NCBI GenBank assembly: GCA_024679065.1
Contig: JAGIQG010000007.1
Coordinates: forward strand, 50,468,001-50,532,000
DNA length: 64,000 nucleotides
Direction: 5' to 3'
Source: Sphyrna mokarran
Taxonomy: Eukaryota
The notes under the pieces are model-generated. The model had not been told where the DNA came from, made no database searches, and was given only the letters and a program-made list of their open reading frames with translations. Positions 50,786-64,000 of the stretch are shown piece after piece (positions within the stretch are counted from its first letter, which is position 1; each line of letters starts with the position of its first letter). The position numbers were made by a program, and so were the translations under genes.

Positions 50786-52209
50786 CTATTAAAGGGGAAC
50801 AAAAGTAAACAAACAAACAAAAAAACAAACAAAACCAACAAAAATTAGCAAGTACTTTTTTGTTCAATGAAATTATTGAAGTAGGTATAGCTGAAAACTA
50901 TTAGTGACGCAGCAGATATTTTGTGGCCAAATTAACTTTGCACAGGACTCAAAGAAAGACATGATATTATGTGAAGGTTCAGGACTACGAGTTCATTTCA
51001 AAAATGAATAAACTAATTCAATTTGTAGCACCAATAATTCCACTAACTACTGATTGAAACATTTAGGTGCACAGGCTTATCCTTTTCATGCTTGTTATAT
51101 AAAGTTTGGGCAATCCTGTAGTAAGGCATTCCTAACATGAACTTCTTTGGATACTTTCTTATTGAAACCAAGTGTTAGAACCAAGCAATAAGTTCTATTT
51201 ACTTGTACAAGTTGCTAACAAAAAAAAACAGAATAATAAATGGATTGTACATCAACTGAATGATCAAAACACAATTCATTCATTGATCTTAAGAATTGGT
51301 TTTGACCACTGATGCAAAATAATTCATCAGACATTTTTGGTAATGATTGAACAGATCTCGTAAAAAATATTTGGCACCCAAAATTGCATACTCAGCTACA
51401 ATCACATTTATTATTGAAATAGTGGATTTTTTCAAGAAACGTGGATAATACCTTTAATCCACCAATTTGAAATGTGTATGCTAAACACCAAATAATCTCA
51501 TTTTGTCACATATCAACTAAAACTTTTCAGATATGCATAAAAGATGAACCTGCAAAATTGGGCATTTGAAACAGAGTTCTTCTCACATGGTATTAAAGAA
51601 TTTGCTTGCACATAACAAGTGATCATATCTTCAGAAGATTATCTTAAAATCAGCAAATGCCTATTAGGTTTTCGGTAGAATTAGTTGAATTGAGCATGTT
51701 CGATAGAAAAGCCCTCTGCTTCATATGGTATTAACCCTTATGGAAAAAAAGGAATGCAATTAAAAGATAAAGATAGTTAGAAGCATGATTCTAATGCACT
51801 TTTCAAGTGGAATAACTATTTTAACAATATTCACCTCTATTATTGTATTTTTTTCTAAAATTTAATTAACATATACTGTAGAGGAATTAATCCATTATGT
51901 ATTTATTGTGCCCTGCAGGAATAAAGTGTAATTTCCATTTCACATGCTTCATATCAAGTATATTGACAATAAACACAATTCCCTTCAGGTTTCTTTTGGA
52001 TCAAGTAGGATTTTAGTTTGATAACAAACTGTTTCAATGGGGGCCACAATAATAAAAAGGAAATAAAAAGTGAAAATTCTATTTTGGCATTTTAAATTAA
52101 TTGAAGGTTCAAGCTGATGCTATAAAGATGGAATCAATGGCTTTTTAACAAATATTTGTAGAGATTTAACAGCAGATATCTTGTAGAGTTCTTGGTAAAA
52201 TATAGAACA

Positions 52210-52388
52210 CAGTAAGAAGTCTCACAACACCAGGTTAAAGTCCAACAGGTTTATATAAAGACCAGTATGCCCTCTTTGTGATCAGAACTCCCTACTCACC
52301 TGATGAAGGGACAGAGTCCCGAAAATCAGTGGCATTTGCCACATAATAAATCTGTTGGACTTTAACCTGGTGTTGAGATTTCTTACTG
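52210..52388. mobile_element. fold-back element (~45-bp arms) with hammerhead-like core
   Basis: cagtaagaagtctcacaacaccaggttaaagtccaacaggtttat pairs with ataaatctgttggactttaacctggtgttgagatttcttactg; core CTGATGA-a-GGGAC-aga-GTCCC-GAAA at 52300-52324. Confidence 0.8.
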
Positions 52389-52904
52389 AAAATACAGAGA
52401 GACAGAAGATCTGATATTTGGTAAGTTTTAAAAGTGACATAAATCTTGTACTTATTTGAATTATTACTGATTCTGATAACATATACTCTCAAGACCACAA
52501 TAAACTAAATCTTTCTTCCACTGGGTAAAAATACAAATATCTGAGGACACGTACCAACTGACTTAAGAACAACTTCTTTCTTGCTGCCATCAGACTTTTG
52601 AGTGGATCTAACTCATTAAGCTGATCTTTCTCTACATCCTAGCTGTGCCTAAACACTACATTCTGCACTCTTTCCTTTTCTTCTCTATGTACAGAATACT
52701 TATGTCTGTTTAGTGTGCAAGAAATAATACTGTTCACTAGATACCAATACATGTGTCAATAATAATCAATTGTTCTAATAAAAGCATGGATATTTAAGAT
52801 GAAGCTCATCAAGAAACTACAGGGATGATGTACAAGCTTCTTCCAAGTTTGATGTATTCAGGTTGCAAATCTAATCACAAATTCTAAATTAGGTCCTAAC
52901 TTCT

Positions 52905-53330
52905 AGGGATGAGAAACTTTAGTCATGGAAAAAAATTGGAGAGGTTAGGATTATTTACCCTAGAGAGAAGACTAAGAGGAGGTTTGATAGAGTCATTCAA
53001 AATCATGAGGGGACTGGACAGAGTTGATGAGGAGAAACTGCTCCCTCTTATAAAAGAAGCACAGGTTTAAAGTAATTGGCAAAAAAACAAACATGGTGTG
53101 AGAAAAAAAACTTATTCACACAGATGTGGTTTGGATGTCAAAGAGAGTCTGGAAGTATGGTGAAGGGAGGTTCAATCAAGAAATTCAAGGTGGAATTGGA
53201 TGATTATTTGGATAGAAACATTGTGCAAAATAAAGGAAAAAGGCAAAAGAACAGTACTAAGTCATAACGCTCATTTTGAGATCTGGTGCATACACAATGG
53301 GCCAAATTGCCTCCTGCTATAATAATAATT
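52905..53330 (+). mobile_element. old CR1 3' fragment
   Basis: agaagactaagaggaggtttgatagagtcattcaaaatcatgagggg (RRLRG..IE.FKIMRG). Confidence 0.7.
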
Positions 53331-53611
53331 CTAAGATATATAAAGCACCAGAATATAAAGCACCAGAATTTGATGTAATAAAACATCTAAAAGTACCTGT
53401 ACTTAAGACTTGGATCCCCACTGCCTTATTCTCTTTTTATTATCCCAGGCCTTCCTCTGCTCCAAATATTTAGCTAACTTTTCCAGAAAATGGAATGATT
53501 TCTTCCTCAAAAACTTTCATGGTAATGCATCACAGGCACCAGCAACTCAAGTAATGAAGCTTTCCTGACCTCAAGTCTGATAATTTTAGATTATGTTCTC
53601 GTCATCTGGAA

Positions 53612-54407
53612 TGTTACTGTACCTTTAAGAAAGGTTTTTTTAATCGTGTTCTCTTTAGTTGTAAGCAGGCATCAAGTTATCTGCTTAGAAATCTTTTATT
53701 GTTGCTTGAATAGTATTAATGGGATTTAGATTATTTTTACTCTGGTCCTAATGCAATGACCAGGATTTTATGGCCCTACATAGTTGGAGAAAGAATGACG
53801 AATAGGACAGGTATCTTTGGACAGTTTTGAAATTTTATTTTCAGTTTGGCTGCTGGCTCCTGTTTCAGTTAAAGAACAAAGAACAAGACAGCACAGGAAA
53901 CAGGCCCTTCGGCCCTCCAAGCCTGCGCTGCTCATGCTTCCAACTAGACTATTCGTTTGTATCCCTCCAGCTGAGAGATATTTTACTTCAGGCTGGATGC
54001 AGGCTCTGCCTGTTGCTTCCAGATGTTTTGCAAAGCAGCTTGGACTTCAAGCTTGTCTGTGTGTACAAGAAAGCTGCAGAATCCAACCAAAGGTCTAAAT
54101 TCTAGCATAACGTGAGCATTCTTATTTTTTGTGCTAAACTGTGGTAGATGTTTATGGGATATGTTTGGTCAGAACAGTATTTAGTTAAGGTTCACACAAT
54201 ATCACGGTATTTTTTGTGTATAATTGGTAAAAGTTATTGCTCATTTTATTTCTATAAGTTATTGAATTCTTAAATAAACTTTTTTTGATAAAAGCTCCCC
54301 AGTGGTCATTTGAATCATACCAGCAGTGAAGCATTGCATATTTACCCTATCCAAATTTAAAATGTAAAACTTATGATCTAGGCCAACATCTGACATGGAT
54401 TATAACA
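53612..54407 (+). mobile_element. putative solo LTR
   Basis: Begins TGTTA and ends TAACA, with an internal AATAAA (~54272); carries a small CR1 tail at ~53870-53935. No clear TSD. Confidence 0.45.
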
Positions 54408-54534
54408 CATTAACTATCGATTCTACATCACCTCAAAATTTCCCTACTAATTTTGCTCCAAGGTTTCACTGCTGCACTGGAAACAGTCCCATGTGTCAAG
54501 TCTCGATGATAATTTTCTATAATTGGGCAATCTA

Positions 54535-56950
54535 TATTCATAGAATAACACAGCAGAGAGAGAGACCATTCAGCCCATTATGCTTCTATCAGCTTTTTTG
54601 AAAGAGCTATCCAATTAAGCCTCATCTCACTCCCTCCCTCCCCATAAGCCTGTACATTTTCCTTTCAAGCATTTATACAATTTTCTTTTAAATATTACAA
54701 TTGCATCTACTTCAGGTAGATTATAATTCATGGTGCAATAAAATGTTAATGCTTACATTCATTCTTTTGCCAGTAATCTACATCTGTGTCCTCAAGTTAC
54801 TTTTCTCCTGCCACAAGAAAGTGCAAACAAGGAGGAACTATCCAAACCATTCATGAATATGAACAGCTCGATAAATCTCTCAACTTTCTCCGCTCTAACG
54901 AGAATAATCACAGTTCTCCAGTCTTTGTACATCACTTACCTGCCTTAGTCCTGGTACCTTTCTAGTAAATCTCTACTGTTCCTTCTAATGTCATAGGGAG
55001 AGGCCATTCAAGCTATCATGCTTGTGTCAGCTTTTCTGATAGAGCTATCTAAATAAGCCTAGTCCCGCTCTCTCCCCATAAGCCTGCACATTTTCCCTTC
55101 AAGCATTCATACAATTCTCTTTTCAGTGTTACAATTACATCTACTTTCACTTTTCAGGTAGCAGAATCCAGATCATAACTCACCATGCAATAAAATGTTT
55201 CATGTTTACATCCATTCTTTTGCCAGTAACCTAAATCCTATTGTGGTGATCAGAATCGAAGACAATATTCCAGCTGAGGCCTAAACAGTGCTTTATAGAA
55301 ATATTACTTTGTTCATGCATTCTAGCATTTGTTAATAAAGACAAGAATCCCAAAAACATTTTTCTTGAAACAGCCATAGAACCACAGAATCCTACAGTGC
55401 AGAAAGAGGCCCTTCGACCTATTGAGTCTGCACCAACCACAATCCCACCAGGCCCTACTCTCATATCCCTACATATTATTACCTACTAATTCCTCTCACC
55501 TAAGCATCTTAGGACAGTAAGGGGCAATTTTTAGCATGGCCAATCAACCTAACCCGCACATCTTTGGACAGCCTTTGGAGCTCGTCTTGCCACCTTCAAG
55601 GTTTTGTGGACATACACCCCGAGGTCTCTCTTGATCCTTTAAAATTGCACATTTAGTTCATATTACCTCTGCTTCCTACCAAAATACAGCATTTCTTACT
55701 TCTCCGCAACACGCCTGTGAATTTTACTGTGACAACGCTACCGATTCCATCAGCTCCATGTCAACATGGAACCTTATTAGATCATTTTCGTTGTTCACTA
55801 CATTTTTGAGGTTTATCTCATCTGCAAAATTTGACATTATGCCTCATATGTCCAGGTTCAGGTCATAATGAATAGCAAAACAACTCATGGTTGTAATCAT
55901 AGAACCACAGAACACTACAGCACAGCAACAGGCCTTTTGACCCTTCTTGGCTAAGCCAAACCATTTTTTTACCTAGTCCCACTGACCTGCACCTGGACCA
56001 TATCCCTCCACATCCCCTTCATTCATGTACCTGTCCAAGTTTTTCTTAAATGTTAAAAGTGAGCCCGCATTTACCATTTCATCTGGTGAGCTCATTCAAC
56101 ACTCCCACCACTGTGTGTGAAGAACCTTACCCCCCCCTCCCAAATTTTCCCTTTAAGCTTTTCCCTCTTCATCCTTAATCTATGTCCTCTAGTTTTTTTC
56201 TCCCCTTAATGGAAAAAGCCTGCTTGCATTCACTCTATCTATGCCCATCATAATTTATACACCTCTATCAACTCTCCCCTCATTCTTCCACGCTCCAGGG
56301 AGTGAAGTCCTAACCTATTCAACCTTTTTTTGTAACTCAGTTTCTCAAGTCCCAGCAACACCCTTGTAAACCTTCTCTGCACTCTTAATATTAATAAGGA
56401 TATTATTAATATTAATATTATTAATATCCTTCCTATAATTAGGTGATCAAAACTGCACACAAAACTCCAAATTCGGTCTCACCAATGTCTTATACAACCT
56501 CACCATAACATTCCAACTCTTATATTCAATACTTTCATTTATAAAAGCCAATGTTCCAACAGCACTCTTTACAACCTCATCTACTTGTGACACCACTTTT
56601 AGAAAATTATGTATCTGTATTCCCAAATCCCTCTATTTTACTACTCCCTTCAGTGTCATATCATTTACCTTGGTTTGTCCTTCCAAAGTGCAATACCTCA
56701 CACTTGTCTGCATTGAACTCCTAATCCCTAAGGAAAATCACTTTATACTTCCATTCAATCTAAATAACACACTATTCAGTAATTCTGATTTCTATCCCTT
56801 AACCAATTCTTAATCCATGCCAAGACTATTCTTCCAGTCCTGTGGGCTTTAATTATTCAAACATGTTTATGTTGTACTTTGACTGTCAAACAGCTCTTGA
56901 AAGTCCAGATTCATAAAATCAACCTCATCCAACATTTTTGTTAATTTGTT
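54535..56950 (-). mobile_element. cluster of nested minus-strand CR1 fragments and a SINE tail (55375-55570)
   Basis: RVQRRFTR and RMRGELIEVYK on the minus strand; several catagaa tails. Confidence 0.75.
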
Positions 56951-57181
56951 TTGATTAAAGCATTTAATCAGAGGTCACGGGCAGAATGCACTTGGTTAGA
57001 ATTAAGTAACAACTGAGCTGCCACAGTACCGCAGTGTATTCCACAGGCCAGCATTTAAGAAATACATTTGCAGGGAATTTATAGAGAGATGAAAGAATAG
57101 TAGATTGGTCACTTGATAGTACAGATTAAATGCTCCAGTGAGCAGACTATTACAAGAGGAGTTAAGCTAAATTTAACTTAC

Positions 57182-57334
57182 TGAAACACTACAGGATCCT
57201 TGGTTGAGTTCAAATTCCAGAGAACTGATCTTTCCTTGAAATTGAGGGATTTCATCATCACCTTCAGTTGCACTTTTAATAGTAAGCACCAACTTGCCAC
57301 AAATATCCTCTCCAGCTGCATTGTTATATTCATC
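57182..57334 (-). CDS. SMCHD1: SMCHD1 coding exon
   Basis: 153 nt, AG/GTAAG, encoding DEYNNAAGEDICGKLVLTIKSATEGDDEIPQFQGKISSLEFELNQGSCSVS. Aligns to human DDYDNHTGIDLVG...LEFPFVNGSAEIM; phase 0-0. Not shown in the ORF track. Confidence 0.9.
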
Positions 57335-57439
57335 CTAACAGCAAAGAAACAATATAAAGAAAGGTTGGATACATTACTTTAGCAAATATCGCGATAAATA
57401 AATGACATCTAAATATTTATTCTAGTGAATACAAATGTC

Positions 57440-57820
57440 TATAAATGTGAGGTTATCCACTTCAGTAGCTGCAATAGGAAGACATTATTATTTGAATGAA
57501 TGCAAATTGAGAGGGGTGGATACTTAGAAGACCTTGGTATCCCCCTGCATCAGTCACTGAAAGTAAGCATGCAGGTCCAGCACGCAGTAAAGGCGGCAGA
57601 TGTTGGCCTTCAGAGTGAGAAGATTTGGGTATAGGAATAGGGATGTTTTATTGCAATTGTATAGGACTTTGGTGAGGCCACACCTGGAGTGTAGTGTACA
57701 ATTTTGGTGTCCTTATGTAGAGGGAGTGAAGCAAAGGTTTACCAGGCTGATTCTTGGAATGGCAGGACTACCACATGAGGAGAGACTAAGTCCGTTAGAA
57801 TTATATTCATTGGAGGCTAT
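57440..57820 (+). mobile_element. CR1 fragment
   Basis: LLQLYRTLVRPHLECSVQFW. Confidence 0.8.
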
Positions 57821-59169
57821 TTAATTGTTCCTTTTAGAACAATCCCTCCATCCAAGAATTAATTTGAGATAATTACTTCTTATCTCCCCTGGCCAGGCTC
57901 CTCATGATTTTAAGACTTCTATAAAATTTCCTCTCAATCTCCTCTTCAAGGACAGAACTAGTTTCTATGATCTATTCACATAACTGAAATCCCTCATTTC
58001 TGGAATGATTTTTGTACATCTTTGCTTTCTCAAATGCCTTCATATCCTTCTTAAAGTGCAATACGCACAACTGAGTGCAATATTCCAGTTGAGGTCAAAC
58101 CGGTGTCTATAAAGATTCACCTTAATTTCCTTGCTTGTGTGCTCTACGCCACCAATCTACCATTATATGTTCAAATATCTCTGCTGCTCCCAATCTGCTC
58201 CTGCATGCCAACCCACCTAAACAAGGCCCAAACCCTCACCTAGCGTCTTTCCCATCTTCTCTCATATCTCATTAAACCACTCTAGCCTGCCCATCCTCCC
58301 AAAATCCCATCTTTGGGTTTATGCTGGCTGACAGAGTAAATAGTTTCTAAGCACTTTTCCTTCCGTCACTCCTCACAAAATCCTCAAACTACTTGCGTAC
58401 CTGCAACATGTTTTTTTCCTCTTTAAAAACCATGAATATGTTATCATCTCAAAGATTCATGTCCATCATTCCCACACCTCCTTACTCAAATTTCTCCAAC
58501 ACCATTCCCCTATCCCTACAGCAGTGAAGCTACAAACTAGATAGAAATTACACTGTTTCTATGACTGTGTAGTACCGTTCACTTCATGACCACATTATCC
58601 TTTAATTATCAACAACACCATCTCTCTCAATGCCTCGATGTTAGCCTTAATTTGATTTGTCATGTTTTGAGGTACAGTGAAAAGTAGTATGTCTTGTGCA
58701 CTGTTCATAGAGTACAGAGGGGAGGAGGAAAGGAGTGGGTGCAGAGTCCTCTGGGACTGCCCTCACTTGGTATTAATTCTTACGTATCTGATTACAGGCA
58801 GGAAATGTTTAACAGTAGCTTTGCTCTGCCGGTGCTATAAGGTTTAACAATGTCCAACAGCAAAGCTGAAACACATTGCAGAGTTTCTGTAGTAAACACT
58901 GATGTTGGTCTACGGTGGGGTGAGGATGCTGAACCATGACAGTGTGGGGTGAGGGCAGGGGCGAAAGAGAGGGGTTATAGGAGTTATTGACACCAACAAA
59001 CACTCAGATTGGTATCTCAACCTGACTCTTGAACCCACAAATGATTCCTGGCTAAACTGCCCCTTAGAATCAGGGGTTTATCAGGATAAATACTGTGGGG
59101 GTGACGGGGATAGGGCTTGGGTGGGATTGTTCTTGGTGCAGATTCGGTTGTGGGATTATATGATTCTAT

Positions 59170-59695
59170 TGTGCACAATTTTGGTATCTTTTTCTGAGGA
59201 AGAATGTTCTTGCTCCCAAGGGAATGCAACAAAGGTTTACCAGACTGATTCTGAGGATGGCGGGACTGATGTATGAGGAAAGATTGACTAAAATAGGATT
59301 GTTTTTCCTGGAGTTCAGACAAATGAACTCATAGAGACTTATAAAATTCTAACAGGACTGGACAGGGTAGATGCAGGGACGATATTCCCGATGATGGAGG
59401 AATCCAGAATCAGGGGTCACAATCTGAGAATTTAGGGTAGACTATTTAGGACAGAGGTGAGGAGACATTTCTTCACCCAGAGTGGTGAGCCTGTGGAATT
59501 CATTACCATAGGAAGTAGTTGATGCCAAAACACAATGTATTCAAGAGGTGACTCGATATAGCACTTGAGCCAAACAGGATCAAAGGTTTTGGGGAGAAAG
59601 CAGGATTAGACTATTGAGTTGGATGATCAGCTATGATCATGATGAATAACAGAGCAGGCTCGAAGGGCCAAAAGGCCTCTTTCTGTTCTACGTTT
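59170..59695 (+). mobile_element. CR1 3' fragment, preceded by a SINE tail (~59055-59170)
   Basis: Closely similar to the 44330-44870 CR1 3' end; ttcttcacccagagtggtg. Confidence 0.8.
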
Positions 59696-60014
59696 ACATG
59701 AAGAAAGGAGTATCTTTTACACACTTGTCTTTATTATCCACCCTCCCAAGATGTTATCTTGACAAGACTGTACCTAAAGGAGTTTTTAGCTCCAAATTAT
59801 CCACTAGTATGAGGAGATCTTTATCTGAAATGGTGGAGACAAAGCCTCTCCTTGCATTCAGCTCCTGCTCACAGAGATGGGTCTAGTTTCGGACCAGTGA
59901 TCTGGAGGCCCCAACTTTGTTTCCCAGATCCTCCAGATCATTCCCCCCAATGTTAATCCGCCTTAGGAAGGTCCTGTACTCAACACAGTCCCTCCCTGAG
60001 GAGGGGAAACGAAG

Positions 60015-60348
60015 GCCTCATAATATTATCGCTGGACTATGAATCCAGAAATTCAGCTAATGTTCTGGGGGACTCAGGTTCAAAACCCACCATGGCAGAT
60101 GATGGAATCCAAATTTTATTAAAAATATTTGGAACTAAGAATGATCCATTGTCAATTGTTGGAAAAATGCATCTGGTTCACTAATGCCCCTTAGAGAAGG
60201 AAATCTGCCATCCTTACCTGGTCTGGCCCACATAACTCCAGAGCCACAGCTATGTGGTAGAGTCTCAACTACCTCAAGGAAAACTTGGAAAGGGCAATAA
60301 ATGCTGGCCCAGCCAGCGATGCCCCTGTCCCAGGAATGAATAAATAAA
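60015..60348 (+). mobile_element. tRNA-head SINE with LINE-derived tail
   Basis: B-box-like ggttcaaaaccc; tail gggcaataaatgctggcccagccagcgatgccc..gaatgaataaa. Confidence 0.75.
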
Positions 60349-60984
60349 ACAGCTTGCAGCAGTTGAGCCTGTTTGCTGAGAAATATCAAACCTGCCATCT
60401 TACAAGATCCACCTACCATCTTTCCCTCTGGTAGCAGAGGGGTAGTAAATGTTGGATAACCTGCTTAGTGAGTGCTTGGATCTCACTGCTGAGGAAGGCA
60501 GTGGAAGCAGATACAATAGTGACTTTTTAAGGGGGGCAATGAGACAAATACATGAATAGGATAGGAATGGAGGGATATGGTCCCCGGACAGGCAGCATAG
60601 TTACTGCAGGCTCGGAGGGCCAAAGGGCCTGTTACTACTGTGCTGTAATTTTCTTTGTAGCTTCTCTTTTCACCCCACACTATGACATCTCTTCATCTCC
60701 CAGCCTCTCCAATCCACTACCAAACAATCACTTTTCCTCATGTGTGTTCTTTTGCTTCCTTTCTCTTTACCAATATATGATGCTTTCAAGCTTTAACCAA
60801 TAAATTGATTAAAAATGAGATATTTGGATTTAAAATAATCCTCAAAGAATTGCAGTTTACAAGGTATTATCCTCCTGACTTTAATTTAGTAAAAAACACA
60901 AAAAAAACACTCGTGGACGTTGGATGAAAACAGAATTGTGCTCAGCTGCGACATTCTGTACAAGTAACCTGCTGACAATCGCTA

Positions 60985-61218
60985 AAATAAAAGTAAAACA
61001 GTGAGGATGCTGAAAATCTGAACAAAAAAGCAGGAAACGTTAGAAAAATTCAGCCATTCTGCCAGCAACTGTGGCAACAGAAACTGAGTTAATGTTTTTC
61101 GTCCAGTATGATTCTTTGGAACTGAAAATGATTCATATTGGACTTAAAATGTTAACTCGTATTTCTCTCTTCACAGGTGCTGCCTGATCTGCTCAGTTTT
61201 TCCAGCGTTTATTTGTTG
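60985..61218. mobile_element. degenerate fold-back element of the 38893 family
   Basis: gatgctgaaaatctgaac...gttaatgtttttcgtccagtatga / tcatattggacttaaaatgttaactc...cacaggtgctgcctgatctgctcag symmetric arms. Confidence 0.6.
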
Positions 61219-61341
61219 CTGACAAATTATGATTTGGGTTCAGACATTGGGCAAAGTTTTGCAGGAATGTTGACATCTTAAGTACAAAAGAGAGAAAATA
61301 GGATTACTGTTCATATTTAACATTAAAAAATTTATCTTTAC

Positions 61342-61473
61342 CATGATCTTCAGATTCAAATTTTTGACCAATGTACGATGGGCAACATTGCGAACATTTG
61401 AGACAGTGGGAGTGGCTGGGAGTTCTTCTGGCATTATTTTCACTGGTTCACCTGGTACCACAGAGAAAGTAAT
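61342..61473 (-). CDS. SMCHD1: SMCHD1 coding exon (first in window; approx. human exon 36 equivalent)
   Basis: AG/GT-bounded 132-nt exon encoding ITFSVVPGEPVKIMPEELPATPTVSNVRNVAHRTLVKNLNLKIM. It matches recalled human [44 protein letters not shown] at the same length; phase 0-0. Confidence 0.92.
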
Positions 61474-61504
61474 CTAGAATTAAGAAAATGGTACAAAAGA
61501 GAAT

Positions 61505-62200
61505 CAGAATGCTTGCAGCACAGGAGATAACTATTCAGCTCGTTATGTTCATGCCAACTCTCATAAGAGCAACTCAGCTAGCCAAGCACTCCTAACTTTC
61601 CCCTGTAATCTTGCAATTTTTGTCACCTCAGATAACTTTCCAATTCCCTTATGAAAGTCATGACTAAGTGAGTCACCACCACACATTCAGATAGTTCACA
61701 GTAGATCCTAACTATTCACTGTGTAAAAAAGCTTTTCTCATGTCAACTTTGGTTCTTCTGACAATCACCTTGATGTTCTCTGGTTTTTGATCCTTCCTGA
61801 TCAACTTTCTCCCGTCTACTGTCTAAATGCCTCATGATTTTGAGCACCTCCATCAATTTCTCAACTCTCACTTTTCTAAGGAGGCAAACAGTCCTAACTA
61901 CGCCAATCTATTCAAGTGAAATGCATCATCAATGGAAGCATCCTCGTAAGATTTTTCTGCACACTCTTCATATCTTTCCTAGAATGGGGCGCCCAGAATT
62001 GGACACAATTTTCCAGCTATGGCAGAATAAGCGTTCTATAAAGGTGCATCATAACTTCCATGTTTTGGTACTCTTTACCTTGATTTATAAAATTCAGAAT
62101 CATAAAATTCAGAATAATGCCCTTCTTTATCAATTTATGCTATCACTTTTAGTGAATTGTATGCAAATCCCACCAGGTCCCTCTGCTCCTGCATCCATGG
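61505..62200 (-). mobile_element. old CR1 3' fragment
   Basis: ggggcgcccagaattggacacaat (CVQFWAP) on the minus strand. Confidence 0.65.
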
Positions 62201-64000
62201 GAACTATGTTCCTGAAGACATCACCTTGGAATACACACAGCTTTCTTTTTAAGTCAAATCACTGTCTCAACTTTCCTCCTTGTGGGAATATATCTCAACT
62301 CTTTAAAGGCAATTCATTCTTCATTTAGTTTGTGTCCCAATCTTTCATTTCAATTTATCTGGACTAGATCCTCTCATATCCATTACTGGTCCTTTCACAA
62401 TTTATTATTTCACTCTGGATTACTCCTGGTCATTTATCATAAGCTAACCAAAACCTACTAAAGCACCCCTAAACGTTTACCTATTAACACTGGATCCATT
62501 TGGTGCACCTCATTCTCCAGAACTGATCCAGTAATGGATCTTCCTCATTGGGTTGCTAAAATTTCAAAAGGAAATTGCATATGGTTTCCCGGTCATGTAA
62601 ACCAGACTACAAACTGGCATTGTTAAGGCTATGTATTGTCAGTAAAAGACATGTCATATTCAAACTTTAAACAAGGACTGTGTACATTTGTAAGCTTCTG
62701 GAATTGCCACCATTTATTGAAAAACAGACACTGAACAACTGGTAAAGTAGCTGCAAAGGGGGACAAGTGAACTTTTGCAACATCAACTCAGATTTTTAAG
62801 CTCCTGGAAGGTTCCAACTTGAATCATACTGGATGGGGACTTCCCTCTTGAATGAGCATGCCAAGACAGAACAACTTGTGGACTTTACACTTGCCATTGC
62901 TTAAAGCTGACTCTAAATAAGAGTCAATGGATTCCTAGATTCTTTTCTCTCATTTTGCAATGGAACAAAGGAAAGCTGACAATACTAGTCCTCTACAGGT
63001 GAAGGGTGAACATCTACTTTCTATTACATACAAATTGTTACTGAGTATGTGACAAACTGGTTCTCAAACTAAAGTCTTTTTAACCCAAAACTCAGAAGAG
63101 ACCTGGGTGTTTCTGCAAAATAACACTGATAAGGCAGAAATAGCTGAAAAGGGCTATGCGATCTTTGCCTTTTATAAATCCAGAGACTCAAAAGTCTACA
63201 GTTTTCAGCCTGGTTCCAAAGCTCCCGGTTCACCTGTACAGAGATTGGACCTCCTGATACAACAACTGAGTGCCCAACTTCAGGACCTGTTGAACATCCT
63301 TCTCTTCATAATAATCCTGAGATGCAACCCTCAGTCATTTGAACTGACATGAACTACAATTCAAGAGTGGGAAAACAGCTTCCTTCTTGACTGGACTCTC
63401 AAAGACATATGAATTGTTAAACTTTGTTTGGTTTATACTTGTAGAAGTACACTAATTTTAATATTTCTTTCCAGAGTATGTAATATCTTACTGGCATTGC
63501 GATTAAATTTGGGGTGAATGTATGAATAAATGATCTTCCTTCATATCCACAATCTGCCACCCATGTTATCCACATGCTAATGGGGGTTTAGAAACATGCA
63601 TATATGCATTTAAAAAAACCAAATCTCACTAATTATACATAAAAGGAAAGGGAATTGAGCACCTTAATTTATCTCCTTTCCTTCATATGCAGCACTACCC
63701 TGATGCAGACTTCATCAGCACCATGTCTCATATCATATGTGACAAAATGTGAATAGAGTGTGAAAGGTGTGGTAGGTCTAGATTGCTATATGTTTGAATA
63801 CAACTTTCTCTGATACAGGTTTTTGCAGGGTTTTGACTACATGATGTAGTTCAATATTCTATGATTTTGTTGACTGTTGCCTGCTTTAGACATACATGTT
63901 CATCATCAAGTATATTAACCCTTCAAGGTCTTTCAATTTCATAAATTACAATAATTTATGTAAATTATTGGCATAAATGTAGGTAGACACCTACAGCTTT

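Noticed and set aside
61474-64000. Further upstream SMCHD1 exon, or the 164-aa ORF at 61834
   Set aside because: No SMCHD1-like peptide was found, and the ORF overlaps an antisense CR1 remnant.

Overview
Repeat-rich vertebrate genomic DNA, most likely from a cartilaginous fish (shark/ray). This is inferred from the repeat complement: many CR1/HER1-type LINEs, HE1/V-domain SINEs, Deu-domain SINEs and Rex/Babar-like tails. The only host gene I can support is the 3' part of SMCHD1 on the minus strand. I reconstructed 13 coding exons from 61473 down to the stop at 29014. They total 1674 nt (557 aa plus stop) with consistent splice phases and cover the pre-hinge region, coiled coils, SMC hinge and C-terminal tail. 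The 5' exons lie beyond the right edge. One intron uses a GC donor, and the last exon encodes a longer, basic-ended tail than the human protein as I recall it. Positions 1-29000 are downstream DNA holding CR1 copies, an RTE LINE and a decayed Gypsy LTR element with nested insertions. The most unusual signals are: (i) short fold-back elements with minimal hammerhead-ribozyme-like cores (Penelope-type), one flanked by an inverted duplication of neighbouring DNA and one abutting a perfect 13-mer array; (ii) local DNA apparently copied into old LINEs a few kb away; (iii) a LINE with a tRNA-like head shared with a SINE. Most long ORFs in the track are LINE fragments or their antisense shadows. I see no firm evidence of a wholly new biological system. 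All family assignments come from motif recognition, not database searches, and repeat boundaries are approximate.
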